A DNA stretch of 64,000 nt, from NCBI GenBank assembly GCA_963692865.2, contig OY843592.1, positions 1,024,001 to 1,088,000 of the forward strand, in the 5' to 3' direction. The notes beneath the pieces are model-generated. The model was not told the origin of the DNA. It worked only from the letters and a program-made list of their open reading frames with translations, and searched no databases. This DNA comes from a bacterium (GTDB lineage: Bacteria > UBA8248). Position 1 is the stretch's first letter. Each line of letters opens with the position of its first letter. Position numbers and translations under genes: made by a program. Shown here piece after piece: positions 17,021-26,542 of the stretch.

Positions 17021-17806
17021 ATGGATTTGGGACTTCATGGAAAAGCCGCCATCGTAACCGGCGGGAGCGCGGGTCTGGGGCTTGCGATAGCCAAAGAACT
17101 TGCGCACGAGGGCTGCGACGTGTGCATCTGCGCGCGGAACGAGGAGCGCCTGGCGGCGGCCAGGCAGGAAATCCAGTTGGTATCCGAAGGCGTGGTGCGC
17201 GCGGTGCGCTGCGACGTGAGCGTAGCGGAAGACATCGCCGCCGTGGTGGAGGAGACGGTCGCCCTTTTCGGGACCGTCCACATCCTCGTGAGCAACGCGG
17301 GCGTGAGCACGACGAAGGATTTCCTGGACGTGGAGCGCGCGGACTGGGACTATTCGATGCGCAGCATCCTCTATGCGGCGTCCGAGTTCAGCCGTCTGGT
17401 GATCCCCTACATGCAGCGGCAAAAGTGGGGTCGCATCATCATGACGGGCTCCACGAGCAGCCGCCAGCCCCGGCCCCGCCGCGTGGTCTCGAACGCCTCG
17501 AAGGCGGCGCTCTTGAACTTCACGAAGTCCCTCGCCGGCGAGTTCGTGCGCGACGGTATTCTGGTGAACATCGTGAACCCCGGGCGCTTCAACACCCACT
17601 GGCCCGAGCGCATCGCGAAGATGGCGGCGGAGAGCGGCCGCACGGAAGAAGAAGTCTACGCCGAGGTGACGAAGGACATCGCCATCGGCCGCCTGGGGGA
17701 GGCGGAGGAGTTCGCGGCGGCGGTGGCCTTTCTCGCCGGCGAGCGGGCGAGCTACATCACGGGCGCGGCGCTCCAGGTCGACGGGGGCGAGATGTATTCG
17801 ATCTGA
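17021..17806 (+). CDS. SDR family oxidoreductase (BKR-like, SxxxK subgroup)
   Basis: TGGSAGLG, SNAG, SNASK, GRLGEAEE, ITGAALQVDGG. Confidence 0.9.
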   Translation: MDLGLHGKAAIVTGGSAGLGLAIAKELAHEGCDVCICARNEERLAAARQEIQLVSEGVVRAVRCDVSVAEDIAAVVEETVALFGTVHILVSNAGVSTTKDFLDVERADWDYSMRSILYAASEFSRLVIPYMQRQKWGRIIMTGSTSSRQPRPRRVVSNASKAALLNFTKSLAGEFVRDGILVNIVNPGRFNTHWPERIAKMAAESGRTEEEVYAEVTKDIAIGRLGEAEEFAAAVAFLAGERASYITGAALQVDGGEMYSI

Positions 17807-17968
17807 AGGGCTTATCCGGCGCGCATCCGCGTCCGCCGCGCCACTCGTGGATAAGATGTTGACACAGTGTGGGGGCATGGGTTATTTTCACATTATGTTC
17901 GTGTTCTGAAATCTTGAATGCCCATATCCGGAACAGCAGAGAATACAAAGGCGGAAGGAAAAATAGAC

Positions 17969-18400
17969 ATGGCGTCGGTTTATGATGTCGCAGAATATAT
18001 TCTATCGAAAACCGGCAGGATCACTACGTGGAAACTTCAAAAGCTCGTTTATTATACGCAAGCTTGGCATCTCGTCTGGGATGAAGAGCTTTTGTTTCCC
18101 GAAGATATTCAGGCGTGGGCGAACGGACCGGTGTGTCCCGATTTATACAGAAAGCACCAAGGGTTTTTCCATGTCTCCACGGTCCGGGCGAACCCCGACG
18201 CATTGTCCGAGAGCGAGCGCGAAACCGTTGATGTCGTGGTGGCTCATTACGGGGAATACAGCGGTCAGCAACTTAGTGATCTTACCCATTCCGAACCCCC
18301 CTGGATGAACGCAAGGAAGGGTATTCCGACCAGAGTAAGAGGGAATCGAGTTATTTCACATGAATCGCTGGCGGAGTATTATGGCTCCCTCCAGGAATAG
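17969..18400 (+). CDS. Panacea/SocA (DUF4065) antitoxin
   Basis: KLQKLVYY.QAW, AWANGPV, LSDLTHSEPPW. RBS GGAAGG. Confidence 0.88.
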   Translation: MASVYDVAEYILSKTGRITTWKLQKLVYYTQAWHLVWDEELLFPEDIQAWANGPVCPDLYRKHQGFFHVSTVRANPDALSESERETVDVVVAHYGEYSGQQLSDLTHSEPPWMNARKGIPTRVRGNRVISHESLAEYYGSLQE

Positions 18401-18878
18401 AGGTAGGCGCCGAAAAGCAATCCCCCGACAATCCAGCCCCTCGATCAGGGAATCCGTCAAGCAAGTTCGTCAGGAAAAAAGCGAATCTCACGACCACTTG
18501 GTGGTTTGCTGGCACTTGGGCAGGATCGACTGGGATGGTCCGTGGGGCATGAGAGCGTGTCGGAATCTCGATTTCAGGCGGCTCATCGACGAGACGATTT
18601 CAAACTGGGAGACCATGACTTGGGCCGAGTTGTATCGGGCGAGCGGCGGCAGAAGGCAAGGCAACAACCATCATCCGGTCTTCGTTTCGAAACTTTCCTC
18701 GACCGCAAAGAAAAGACTTAAACGTATCCAGGCAGACGACGTCGAGGCAATCGTGTCCTTACGGATTAATTCCAGGGAAAGGTTGTATGGAATCAGAGCC
18801 GGTCAGGTGTTTCAGGTGCTCTGGTACGATCCTTGGCACGACAACCGCAACAAGGCGGTCTACCCGACCGGAAGATGA
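18381..18878 (+). CDS. Putative RelE-like toxin partner of the Panacea antitoxin
   Basis: Basic protein overlapping the antitoxin gene. SLRINSRERLYGIR..VFQVLWYDPWH. Confidence 0.6.
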   Translation: MAPSRNRGRRRKAIPRQSSPSIRESVKQVRQEKSESHDHLVVCWHLGRIDWDGPWGMRACRNLDFRRLIDETISNWETMTWAELYRASGGRRQGNNHHPVFVSKLSSTAKKRLKRIQADDVEAIVSLRINSRERLYGIRAGQVFQVLWYDPWHDNRNKAVYPTGR

Positions 18879-18908
18879 GGCAATCTCGCCGGGCAAGTTT
18901 TGGATGCG

Positions 18909-19283
18909 TCATGTCACCGCGGCGGCGAACTGAAACCCCGCCCAGACGGCGAGGAGGCACCCGGCGACGGATAACGCCACGTAGAGCGCCGCCAGAAGCC
19001 AGTCGCCTTCCTGGAACATGAGGAGGGTTTCGAGGCTGAAGGCGGAGAAGGTGGTGAATCCCCCCAGCAGGCCTATCATCGCGAACAGGCGGACTTCCTC
19101 GCTGAACACCTCCCTTGCGACGAGCAACTCGTAGATGCACCCGATGACGAACGAGCCGATGACGTTGGCCGCCAATGTGCCGAAGGGCCAGCCTGCGCCC
19201 AGCGATCTCTGAACGAAGAGCGCCAGTCCGTAGCGCAGCGCGCTGCCGATTGCGCCGCCTGTCGCCACCAAAAGCCAGTTCAA
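18909..19283 (-). CDS. crcB: Fluoride channel Fluc/CrcB
   Basis: GGAIGSALRY, PFGTLAANVIGSF, GLLGGFTTFSAF. Confidence 0.95.
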   Translation of the reverse strand: MNWLLVATGGAIGSALRYGLALFVQRSLGAGWPFGTLAANVIGSFVIGCIYELLVAREVFSEEVRLFAMIGLLGGFTTFSAFSLETLLMFQEGDWLLAALYVALSVAGCLLAVWAGFQFAAAVT

Positions 19284-19417
19284 CAGAAAGCTCCTTTCCG
19301 CCGGGTGAAATCCGCACTTTCTCGGTCTCCCCGAAAAATGACACCATTGCGGGGGCGGCGCAAGAGTTTCACGGTCCCCTGCTTTTCGGGCGCGCCCCCG
19401 TTCATTAAAATGAGCGC

Positions 19418-20641
19418 ATGGACGAGACGCGCGAAGAAATCACCACACACGGCTGGAAGGCGCAGCTCGAAGATGAGTTGCGCGAACTCACCGAAGCCAA
19501 CCTGCGCCGGGGACTGCGCACGGTCGAGGGGATGCAGGGCCCGACCATGCGCCATGGCGGCAGGACCCTCGTCAATCTTTCGAGCAACAACTACCTGGGT
19601 CTCGCCGGTTATTCGGCCATCATCGAAGCGTCGGTCGAGGCCGCAAGAGGCGCGGGCGCGAGCGGGGCCGCCTCCCCGCTCATCTCGGGGCACATGAGCG
19701 CCCACGAGGAGTTGGCGCGCGCGCTGGCCGCCTTCAAGCGTAAGGACGCCGCCCTCGTCTTCGGCTCGGGCTTTCTCGCGAACTTGGGCCTGATCACCGC
19801 CCTGGTCGGCGCGGGCGACGCCGTTTTCAGCGACGCGCTCAACCACGCGAGCATCGTGGACGGTTGCCGGCTATCGAAAGCCCGCGTCCACATCTACCCG
19901 CACCGAAACGTGGATTACCTGGAAGACGCTCTCAAGAAAGCCTCCTCCGCGCGCCGGAAGCTCATCGTGACGGACGGCGTCTTCAGCATGGACGGGGATT
20001 TGGCGCCCTTGCCCGGAATATGCGAGCTCGCTCAAAAATACGGCGCCATGCTCGTGGTGGACGACGCGCACGCCACGGGGGTCATCGGCGAGGGCGGCAG
20101 GGGGAGCGGCGCGTATTTAGGTGCGGAGGACGGCGTTTCGGTCTCCATGGGCACGCTGGGCAAGGCGCTCGCCTCCTACGGCGCGTTCGCGTGCGCGGAT
20201 TCTGCGGTGATCGATTACCTCGTCAACAAGGCGCGTCCCTACATCTATTCGACGAGCCTCCCGCCCGCCGTGGCCGCCGCCTCCCGCGCCGCCGTCCGGG
20301 TCGCGGAAGGCGTCGAGGGGGAGCGCCGCCGGGAGAATCTGGCGAACCTGTGCGCGCGCTTTCGCGCCGGGCTTCGCTACATCGGGGTTCGCGTGGGCGA
20401 CTCCCCGCCGGGCGCCGAGATACCGATTTTCCCCATCATCATCAGGGATACGGAAAAAACGCTGGCGCTCGCGGAGTATCTGATGGAGGCGGGCGTCTAC
20501 CTGCTCGCCATCCGTCCGCCCACGGTGCCGGAGGGCACCAGCAGGCTGCGGGCCACCCTGATGGCGACGCACACCGAAGCGCAGATCGACAGGACGCTCG
20601 ACGCCCTGGAGGCGGGACTCAAGAAGCTGGATATCGCCTAG
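19418..20641 (+). CDS. bioF: 8-amino-7-oxononanoate synthase
   Basis: SSNNYLGL, DALNHASIVDG, DGVFSMDGD, DDAHA, GTLGKA, IRPPTVP. Confidence 0.9.
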   Translation: MDETREEITTHGWKAQLEDELRELTEANLRRGLRTVEGMQGPTMRHGGRTLVNLSSNNYLGLAGYSAIIEASVEAARGAGASGAASPLISGHMSAHEELARALAAFKRKDAALVFGSGFLANLGLITALVGAGDAVFSDALNHASIVDGCRLSKARVHIYPHRNVDYLEDALKKASSARRKLIVTDGVFSMDGDLAPLPGICELAQKYGAMLVVDDAHATGVIGEGGRGSGAYLGAEDGVSVSMGTLGKALASYGAFACADSAVIDYLVNKARPYIYSTSLPPAVAAASRAAVRVAEGVEGERRRENLANLCARFRAGLRYIGVRVGDSPPGAEIPIFPIIIRDTEKTLALAEYLMEAGVYLLAIRPPTVPEGTSRLRATLMATHTEAQIDRTLDALEAGLKKLDIA

Positions 20642-21639
20642 TCGATTTCCACGATCACATTGCCCACCGCCTCGCCTCGCTCCACCGCCTCGTGCGCGCT
20701 TGCGAGTCCATCGAGCGGGAAACGCTCCGCGATATGGTGGGTGAGCGCGCCCTCATCCAGAGCGCGGGTCAAGTCCGCCGCCGCTTGGAGCAGAGCCTCG
20801 GGCGGGCAGCAGTGGACCATCACGAGTCTTATGGTGATGTTGTTCAGCATCAGTTCGTAGTGGGGGAAGGGAGGGTTGCGATCCCCCATGGAGGAATAGG
20901 AGGCGATGACGCCGCCGATTTTCAGGATTTTGTAGTTCGTCTCCCAGTTCACTCCGAGATTCACGTCCACCACGCGGTCCACGCCCGCGCCGCGCGTGAT
21001 CTCAAGGACTCTTTCGGCGACGTCCTCCTCGCGGTAGTTGATCAGGTGATCGGCCGCCGCCCGCTCGGCCTTCTCCGCCGAACTCACCGTGGCGATTACG
21101 CGCGCTCCCGCCCATTTCGCCAGTTGCACCGCGTAGACCCCCACGCGGCCCGCGCCGCCCGTCACCAGCACCGTCTTGCCCGCAATGGGGCCGTCCGCGA
21201 ACAGGCATCGGTGGGCCGTCATGGCGGGAATGCCGAGGCACGCTCCTTCCGCGAAGGTGGTTTTTTCGGGCAGGCGGACGAGAAACCGCTCGGGCAGGCA
21301 GACGTATTGCGCCGATGTGCCGAACGCGCGTTTGTAGCGCGCGTTGTAGACCCACACCCGGTCGCCCGCTTCATGGCCGCTCGCGCCCGGGCCTAACTTG
21401 TCCACGACGCCCGCGCCGTCGTTGTGGGGGATGATCCTCGGAAAATCCGGGAAGTGCTCGAAATAGCCCCAATCCTCGGACCCCTGGCCCCCGCGGCGCT
21501 TGCAATCCGTGGGATTCACGCCCGATGCGTGAAGCCGAACCCTTATTTCGCCTGCGCCGGGTTCGGGCGTCGCCGTCTCGCCGATCTCGATGACCTCGCG
21601 CGCCTCTCCCTTGCGCTCGTACCAGCCTGCCCGCATCAC
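20638..21639 (-). CDS. NADPH:quinone reductase (MDR family)
   Basis: GVNPTD, PHNDGAGVV, CLGIPAMTA, VTGGAGRVG. Confidence 0.9.
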   Translation of the reverse strand: MMRAGWYERKGEAREVIEIGETATPEPGAGEIRVRLHASGVNPTDCKRRGGQGSEDWGYFEHFPDFPRIIPHNDGAGVVDKLGPGASGHEAGDRVWVYNARYKRAFGTSAQYVCLPERFLVRLPEKTTFAEGACLGIPAMTAHRCLFADGPIAGKTVLVTGGAGRVGVYAVQLAKWAGARVIATVSSAEKAERAAADHLINYREEDVAERVLEITRGAGVDRVVDVNLGVNWETNYKILKIGGVIASYSSMGDRNPPFPHYELMLNNITIRLVMVHCCPPEALLQAAADLTRALDEGALTHHIAERFPLDGLASAHEAVERGEAVGNVIVEID

Positions 21640-21660
21640 TGGCGCTCTCCTTTGCTTTTC

Positions 21661-22089
21661 TTACCCGTGTGTGAACGAGACGCCCAGGTAGACGACGATG
21701 AGGGCGAGGATGAGGTTAAAGAGAAGCCATGTCTTGCGCTGCGCCTTCATCGCGTCAAATCCCCTGGGGATGGTGAGGGCGACGCCCACGAAGATGATGA
21801 CGAGCGCCAGGACGATCTTCACGATCAACGACCCGGGAATCGCGAGGCCGCTGATCGCGAGGCGGCCGATGTGGTGAAGCCCCGTCAGCAACAGGATCAG
21901 GAACGAGCCGTGCAGTATCGGGATGAACCGCTTCTGGATTTTCGCCATGAACGGCCCCCGCTCCGCCTCGGGCAGGTCCGCCGCCGTGGGGATGACCACG
22001 AAACGAAGAAAGGCCACGCCGCCGACCGCCAGAATGGCGCTCAGCACGTGGAGGGTCGTGACGATGATGTTGCCCGTGCTGTATCCCAT
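21661..22089 (-). CDS. Four-TM membrane protein (CopD/DUF2269-like)
   Basis: LHVLSAILAVGG..FLRFVVIP and four hydrophobic segments. Confidence 0.6.
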   Translation of the reverse strand: MGYSTGNIIVTTLHVLSAILAVGGVAFLRFVVIPTAADLPEAERGPFMAKIQKRFIPILHGSFLILLLTGLHHIGRLAISGLAIPGSLIVKIVLALVIIFVGVALTIPRGFDAMKAQRKTWLLFNLILALIVVYLGVSFTHG

Positions 22090-22125
22090 AAGACGCACTC
22101 CCGTGAATTGATGAGGAAATTCTCT

Positions 22126-23346
22126 TTAAGCCGTGTCCTCTCCCACCAGCACCAGGACGCCGGAATACTGGTGGAGATGGTCGATTTTTCCGATGGGCGC
22201 GATCTCCGAACCCGTGAAGAACCCGGCGACGGGCAGCCCGCGCATCTTCTCCCGAATCGCCTTGGCGTCCACCTCCATCTCGCCGTAGAGGGAACTGCCC
22301 CGGCCCGCGCAGTTGAAATACAGGCCGAACGCGCGCGCGTCCGCATCTTCCGAGGCGGCGAAGCGGCGGGCGCCTTTTTCCAGCATGGCGCGGAGGTCGT
22401 CGCGCGCGCGTTTTCCGTCGCGCCTGGCGAAGGTGATGGCCTGCCCGGTTCTGACCGGCGTCGGCAGCGCGATGATTCCCCGCTCCTCGTCCGCGCCCAC
22501 GATGGGCCGCACGATGTACTCGCCGTGGTCGAGCATGACCTTGTCCGGGTCTCCCGGAATGCCGATGAAAAGGTTCATGGCCGCGAAGCGGATGTTCTCC
22601 ATCCATTCGGGGCCCGCCGCCTCGGCGTAGGCGTCGTACGCGCGCCCGCCGGAGATTTCCCAGACCACGTTCTCCTCCGCCCGGGTGATGAGCCTGGGCT
22701 CGCCCACCGGCAGATAGGCCTGGGATATTCCGATGAACCGCCTGGGCGCGCGCGCGAATACGACGCCCGAGACGGCGCCCGTCTGCACCCCCCCGTCGAG
22801 GAACTGGAAGGTTCTCCCCGCCCCGCCGTCCTCGGCGGCGCCTCCTCCCACGATGATGGCCTCATCGCCCAGCTCCTCGTGAATCCCCTGAAAAAGCGCA
22901 TCTGCCTGGAGGTGGTAGCTGTCGGGCATGACGACGACCAGGGGCGGATTCTCCGGGGAGAGCGCATCTCCCAGCTCTTTTTTCGCCGCCCGGCCGATGG
23001 CGCGTCCGCATTCCGCGGGCGCGTCGGCCAGACCCTCGACGAGAAAAGGCGCAGCGGGCGGGGCGCCGCCTCCCACCGCCAGAACCGAGATTCCGGGCTT
23101 GCGCTCGATTTCACCCTGCGCCGTCATGACGCCGAAGCCGGTGCAGCCCACGATGCGCGCCCCGTCCGTTCCCTCCGCCACGGCGGCGACCACCTCGGGC
23201 CATCTGTCCAGGTGTCCGGGCGTCGCGAACAGGAAAACCAATGAGGCGGCGTCGAGTCTGGCCTCCGCCATGGCTTCTTCAATCGCCTCTCGCGCGGCGG
23301 CGGCGGAATCGGGGTTGGCGGAGAGGCCGCTTCCCGCGCGCGTCAT
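22126..23346 (-). CDS. FIST domain protein
   Basis: IVGCTGFG, IVGGGAAE, YFNCAGRG, AGFFTGSEI. Confidence 0.88.
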   Translation of the reverse strand: MTRAGSGLSANPDSAAAAREAIEEAMAEARLDAASLVFLFATPGHLDRWPEVVAAVAEGTDGARIVGCTGFGVMTAQGEIERKPGISVLAVGGGAPPAAPFLVEGLADAPAECGRAIGRAAKKELGDALSPENPPLVVVMPDSYHLQADALFQGIHEELGDEAIIVGGGAAEDGGAGRTFQFLDGGVQTGAVSGVVFARAPRRFIGISQAYLPVGEPRLITRAEENVVWEISGGRAYDAYAEAAGPEWMENIRFAAMNLFIGIPGDPDKVMLDHGEYIVRPIVGADEERGIIALPTPVRTGQAITFARRDGKRARDDLRAMLEKGARRFAASEDADARAFGLYFNCAGRGSSLYGEMEVDAKAIREKMRGLPVAGFFTGSEIAPIGKIDHLHQYSGVLVLVGEDTA

Positions 23347-24038
23347 GAAGATTCCTCGCGACTTAAAACGCCGGGCGGCCCGTTCGTGAGGAGCTTCGGT
23401 TCGCTCACCGCCTGCACGTCCTCAGTCGTTAAGCCTTCGGCCACTTCTCTTAAGACGGGGCCGTCCGGCGTGAACTCGATGAACGCGATGTCGGTGAACA
23501 GCTTGGTCACCACGCGCCGCGCGGTGAGGGGATAGGAGCACTCTTCCAGGAGCTTGAGGCCGCCGTCCTTCGTGGTGTGGGTCATGATGGCGTAGACCTC
23601 GCGCGCGCCGGCGGCCAGGTCCATCGCGCCGCCGATGCCGCCTTTGCCCACGCCCGGCACCGTCCAGTTGGCGAGGTCGCCCTGGGCCGAGACCTGCAGC
23701 GCGCCCATGACGGCGATGTCGATGTGGCCGCCGCGTATCATGGCGAAGGCGTCGGCGTGTCCGAAAACGGACGCGCCCGGAAGCGTGGTGATGGGTTCAC
23801 GGGAGGCGTTGATGTAGTCCTTATCCTCCTGGCCCTCCTCCGGTCTCGGTCCTGCGCCGATGATTCCGTTCTCCGCCATGAACATCACGCCGCGTTCTGC
23901 TTCCACGTAGTTGCCCACCAGCGTGGGTATGCCTATCCCCAGGTTCACCACCGCGCCGTCGGGCAGTTCCGCCGCCACGCGCCGGGCGATGTCGGCAGGT
24001 TTCAGCGCGCCGCTTTCAAGTTTCGGATCGGAGGCCAA
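23343..24038 (-). CDS. 3-oxoacid CoA-transferase subunit B
   Basis: VNLGIGIPT, AENG (catalytic Glu), GGAMDL. Confidence 0.92.
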   Translation of the reverse strand: MASDPKLESGALKPADIARRVAAELPDGAVVNLGIGIPTLVGNYVEAERGVMFMAENGIIGAGPRPEEGQEDKDYINASREPITTLPGASVFGHADAFAMIRGGHIDIAVMGALQVSAQGDLANWTVPGVGKGGIGGAMDLAAGAREVYAIMTHTTKDGGLKLLEECSYPLTARRVVTKLFTDIAFIEFTPDGPVLREVAEGLTTEDVQAVSEPKLLTNGPPGVLSREESS

Positions 24039-24705
24039 GGTCTTCTCCTCTGACGACTCTTTGCACGTAAATCGAGGGCGTGTGCACGCTCTCGGGCGCG
24101 ATGACGCCCGGCGCCACGATTTCCTCGACCTCGGCGATGGTGAGCGGCGCCGCCGTCGCCATGACGGGGTTGAAGTTCGCCGCCGTGCCCCGGTAGGTGA
24201 GGTTCCCCGTGCGGTCGGCCCGGTGCGCCTTGATGACGGCCACGTCGCCGGGCAGGGGATGTTCGAGCACGACGTCGCGTCCGCCGATCGTGCGGGTCTC
24301 CTTGCCCTCGGCCGCCTGCGTGCCGACGCCGGTGGGCGTGTAGAAGGCGGAAATCCCCGCGCCCGCCGCCCGGATCCTTTCCGCCATGGTCCCCTGGGGG
24401 AGTTGTTCGAGTTCGATTTTCCCTTCCAGATACAGTTCCCGGAACACGAACGCGCTCCTGTGGAAGGCGTAGCTGCAGATGATTTTCCGCACCTTCCCCT
24501 GCCGGAGCAGCACGGCGAGGCCGCGTTCGCCGAAGCCCGCGTGGTTGGTGACGACGGTCAGGTCGCGCGCGGGGTGGTCGGCCATGGCGACCAGGAGATT
24601 TTCCGGGATGCCCGCGCCCCCGAAACCGCCCAGCAGAATGGTGGCGCCGTCGGGAATGTCGGCGATGGCGGCTTTGGATGATGGATACACCTTGTCGGAG
24701 GCCAA
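24016..24705 (-). CDS. 3-oxoacid CoA-transferase subunit A
   Basis: GGFGGAGIP, PQGTMAERIRAAGAG, ANFNPVMA. TTG start at 24705 is inferred. Confidence 0.92.
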   Translation of the reverse strand: MASDKVYPSSKAAIADIPDGATILLGGFGGAGIPENLLVAMADHPARDLTVVTNHAGFGERGLAVLLRQGKVRKIICSYAFHRSAFVFRELYLEGKIELEQLPQGTMAERIRAAGAGISAFYTPTGVGTQAAEGKETRTIGGRDVVLEHPLPGDVAVIKAHRADRTGNLTYRGTAANFNPVMATAAPLTIAEVEEIVAPGVIAPESVHTPSIYVQRVVRGEDLGLRSET

Positions 24706-24882
24706 ATCTTCTTTCTCTTGTTGAGGAAAAGTTCTCGGGGCGCCGCTCGGCGCGAAATTCATTCTATTTATGCGGCATCGACCCGAAAAAATCCAGGCGG
24801 CCCCCCGGCTTGCCTCAGGTCTTTTAGTGCCATAGAGTGCGGTTTTCTTTTTCGGGCGTAATTTTGTTTATTCGAGGAGCGC

Positions 24883-26481
24883 GTGGTGGCGAAACGGCCC
24901 AGAAGGTCGCCGCAGGACAAAGAGCCGGAGAGCGGGCAAAAGAACGTGGCGGGGTTTTATCTCTATTTCTCGGTCTTTCTCTCGGGCGGCTCCATTCTCG
25001 TGATGGAAATCGCGGCGGGGCGCGTGCTCGCCCCCCACTTCGGCAACACGCTCTACACCTGGACTTCGATGATCGGCATCATCCTGGCCGCGCTGAGCCT
25101 GGGCTATTCCATCGGCGGGAGGCTCGCGGACCGGAATCCATCGACCAGGCTGTTTTTCTCCCTCATGCTGGGCGGCGCGGGCCTCGTGGCCCTGGTGCCC
25201 GCCCTGCGGGGGGTTCTGCTGCCCACGATGGAGGAGAGCCTCAGCCTGCAATCGGGGCCGGTGTTCGCGGGGCTGTTGCTCTTCGCCGCTCCGGGATGCG
25301 TGCTCGCCACGCTGACGCCCTTCGCGGTGAAGCTGGCGGCGCGGGGGGAGGGGAGTCTGGGGGCGGTGACGGGAAACCTCTTCACCTGGTCCACGGTCGG
25401 GAGTATCCTCGGCACGTTCGCGACGGGCTTCGTCTTCATTCCCTTTTTCGGACTGAACGGCATCTTCCTGACGACGGCGGCAGCACTGACGCTGACGGCG
25501 CTATTCGGACTCTACCTCTGCGGCGACCTCGCGGCTCTCTTCTCAAGGCGAAACGCGCGGGCGAACCTGCTTCTCGCGGCGTTTGTCCTGGCCTCGATGG
25601 GGACGGGCGCCGCGTGGCTGGGCGTCATCCCCGGGGTGGATAAGGACACGGTGTGGGTGCGCGAGAACATGTACCACATGATTCGCGTGTTCGAGAGGGC
25701 GGAAGCGGGCGGCGCGCGGGTGCGCGAGATGTTTCTGGATCATCAGCCCGAGGGCGCGATGGTCCTGGGCGACGACAGAAAGTTTTTCTATGAATACACC
25801 CGCTTCCTGGAACTCGGGCCGCTGTTCGCCCCCCACATGAAGCGCGCGATTTTCATCGGCGGCGGCGCGTTCACGATGCCCAAGGCGCTGCATCTCATGA
25901 AGCCGGAGATGTCCATCGCCGTGGCCGAACTCGATGCGGAAGTCGTCGATGCGGGGCGCAAGTTTTTCAGGCTGGGGAAATTCCCGAAGCTCAAGAACCT
26001 GGTGGGAGACGGCAGGCGCATTCTGCGCTCATCCGGTGAAAAATACGATTTCATCGTGGGCGACGCCTACCGGGGCTTGCGGAACATTCCGCCGCATCTG
26101 GTGACGAAGGAGTTCTTTGAAGAAGCGCGCGAGCGTCTCGCGCCCGGCGGCGCCTTCATGCTGAACCTCATCGGCTACCGCGCGGGCGCAGGCGGGGCGA
26201 TATACGCTTCCGTCTACCGGACGATGAATGCGGTGTTCCCCGAGATATTCATCTACAGCACGGACCCTGAGAATCCCTATACGGCGCAGAACATTCTGTT
26301 CTTCGCGTTCCGCGACGAGGACCCGGGCCGCTTCCGCCGCGTGAGCGAGGCGATTCGCAGCGACCGGAAGTTCGCGTTCGCCGCGCGCGCGCGCGTGTCG
26401 CCGCCGGGTGCGCGCCTCTATGGCCCGGTTTTGACGGACGACTACAATCCGGTGGAGTATCTCATCGAAAAAGGACTTTAA
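24883..26481 (+). CDS. Fused MFS/spermidine synthase-like protein
   Basis: N-terminal TMs (EIAAGRVLAPHFG), IGGGAF, ELDAEV, GDGR, YDFIVGDAY, VLTDDYNP. Confidence 0.88.
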   Translation: MVAKRPRRSPQDKEPESGQKNVAGFYLYFSVFLSGGSILVMEIAAGRVLAPHFGNTLYTWTSMIGIILAALSLGYSIGGRLADRNPSTRLFFSLMLGGAGLVALVPALRGVLLPTMEESLSLQSGPVFAGLLLFAAPGCVLATLTPFAVKLAARGEGSLGAVTGNLFTWSTVGSILGTFATGFVFIPFFGLNGIFLTTAAALTLTALFGLYLCGDLAALFSRRNARANLLLAAFVLASMGTGAAWLGVIPGVDKDTVWVRENMYHMIRVFERAEAGGARVREMFLDHQPEGAMVLGDDRKFFYEYTRFLELGPLFAPHMKRAIFIGGGAFTMPKALHLMKPEMSIAVAELDAEVVDAGRKFFRLGKFPKLKNLVGDGRRILRSSGEKYDFIVGDAYRGLRNIPPHLVTKEFFEEARERLAPGGAFMLNLIGYRAGAGGAIYASVYRTMNAVFPEIFIYSTDPENPYTAQNILFFAFRDEDPGRFRRVSEAIRSDRKFAFAARARVSPPGARLYGPVLTDDYNPVEYLIEKGL

Positions 26482-26542
26482 TTCTTCGCGGCGCGGATGC
26501 GAGCGACGCGCCCGCCGCGCATGGAGCCATGAAGGAGAAGCG

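Noticed and set aside
17455-17510. Inactive SDR because YxxxK is SxxxK
   Set aside because: This substitution is typical of a known BKR-like SDR subgroup and is not novel.
19284-19400. Fluoride riboswitch upstream of crcB
   Set aside because: Minus-strand GCAATGGTGTC resembles the 5' motif, but the pairing stem and the 3' UGAUGAC pseudoknot segment are not evident.
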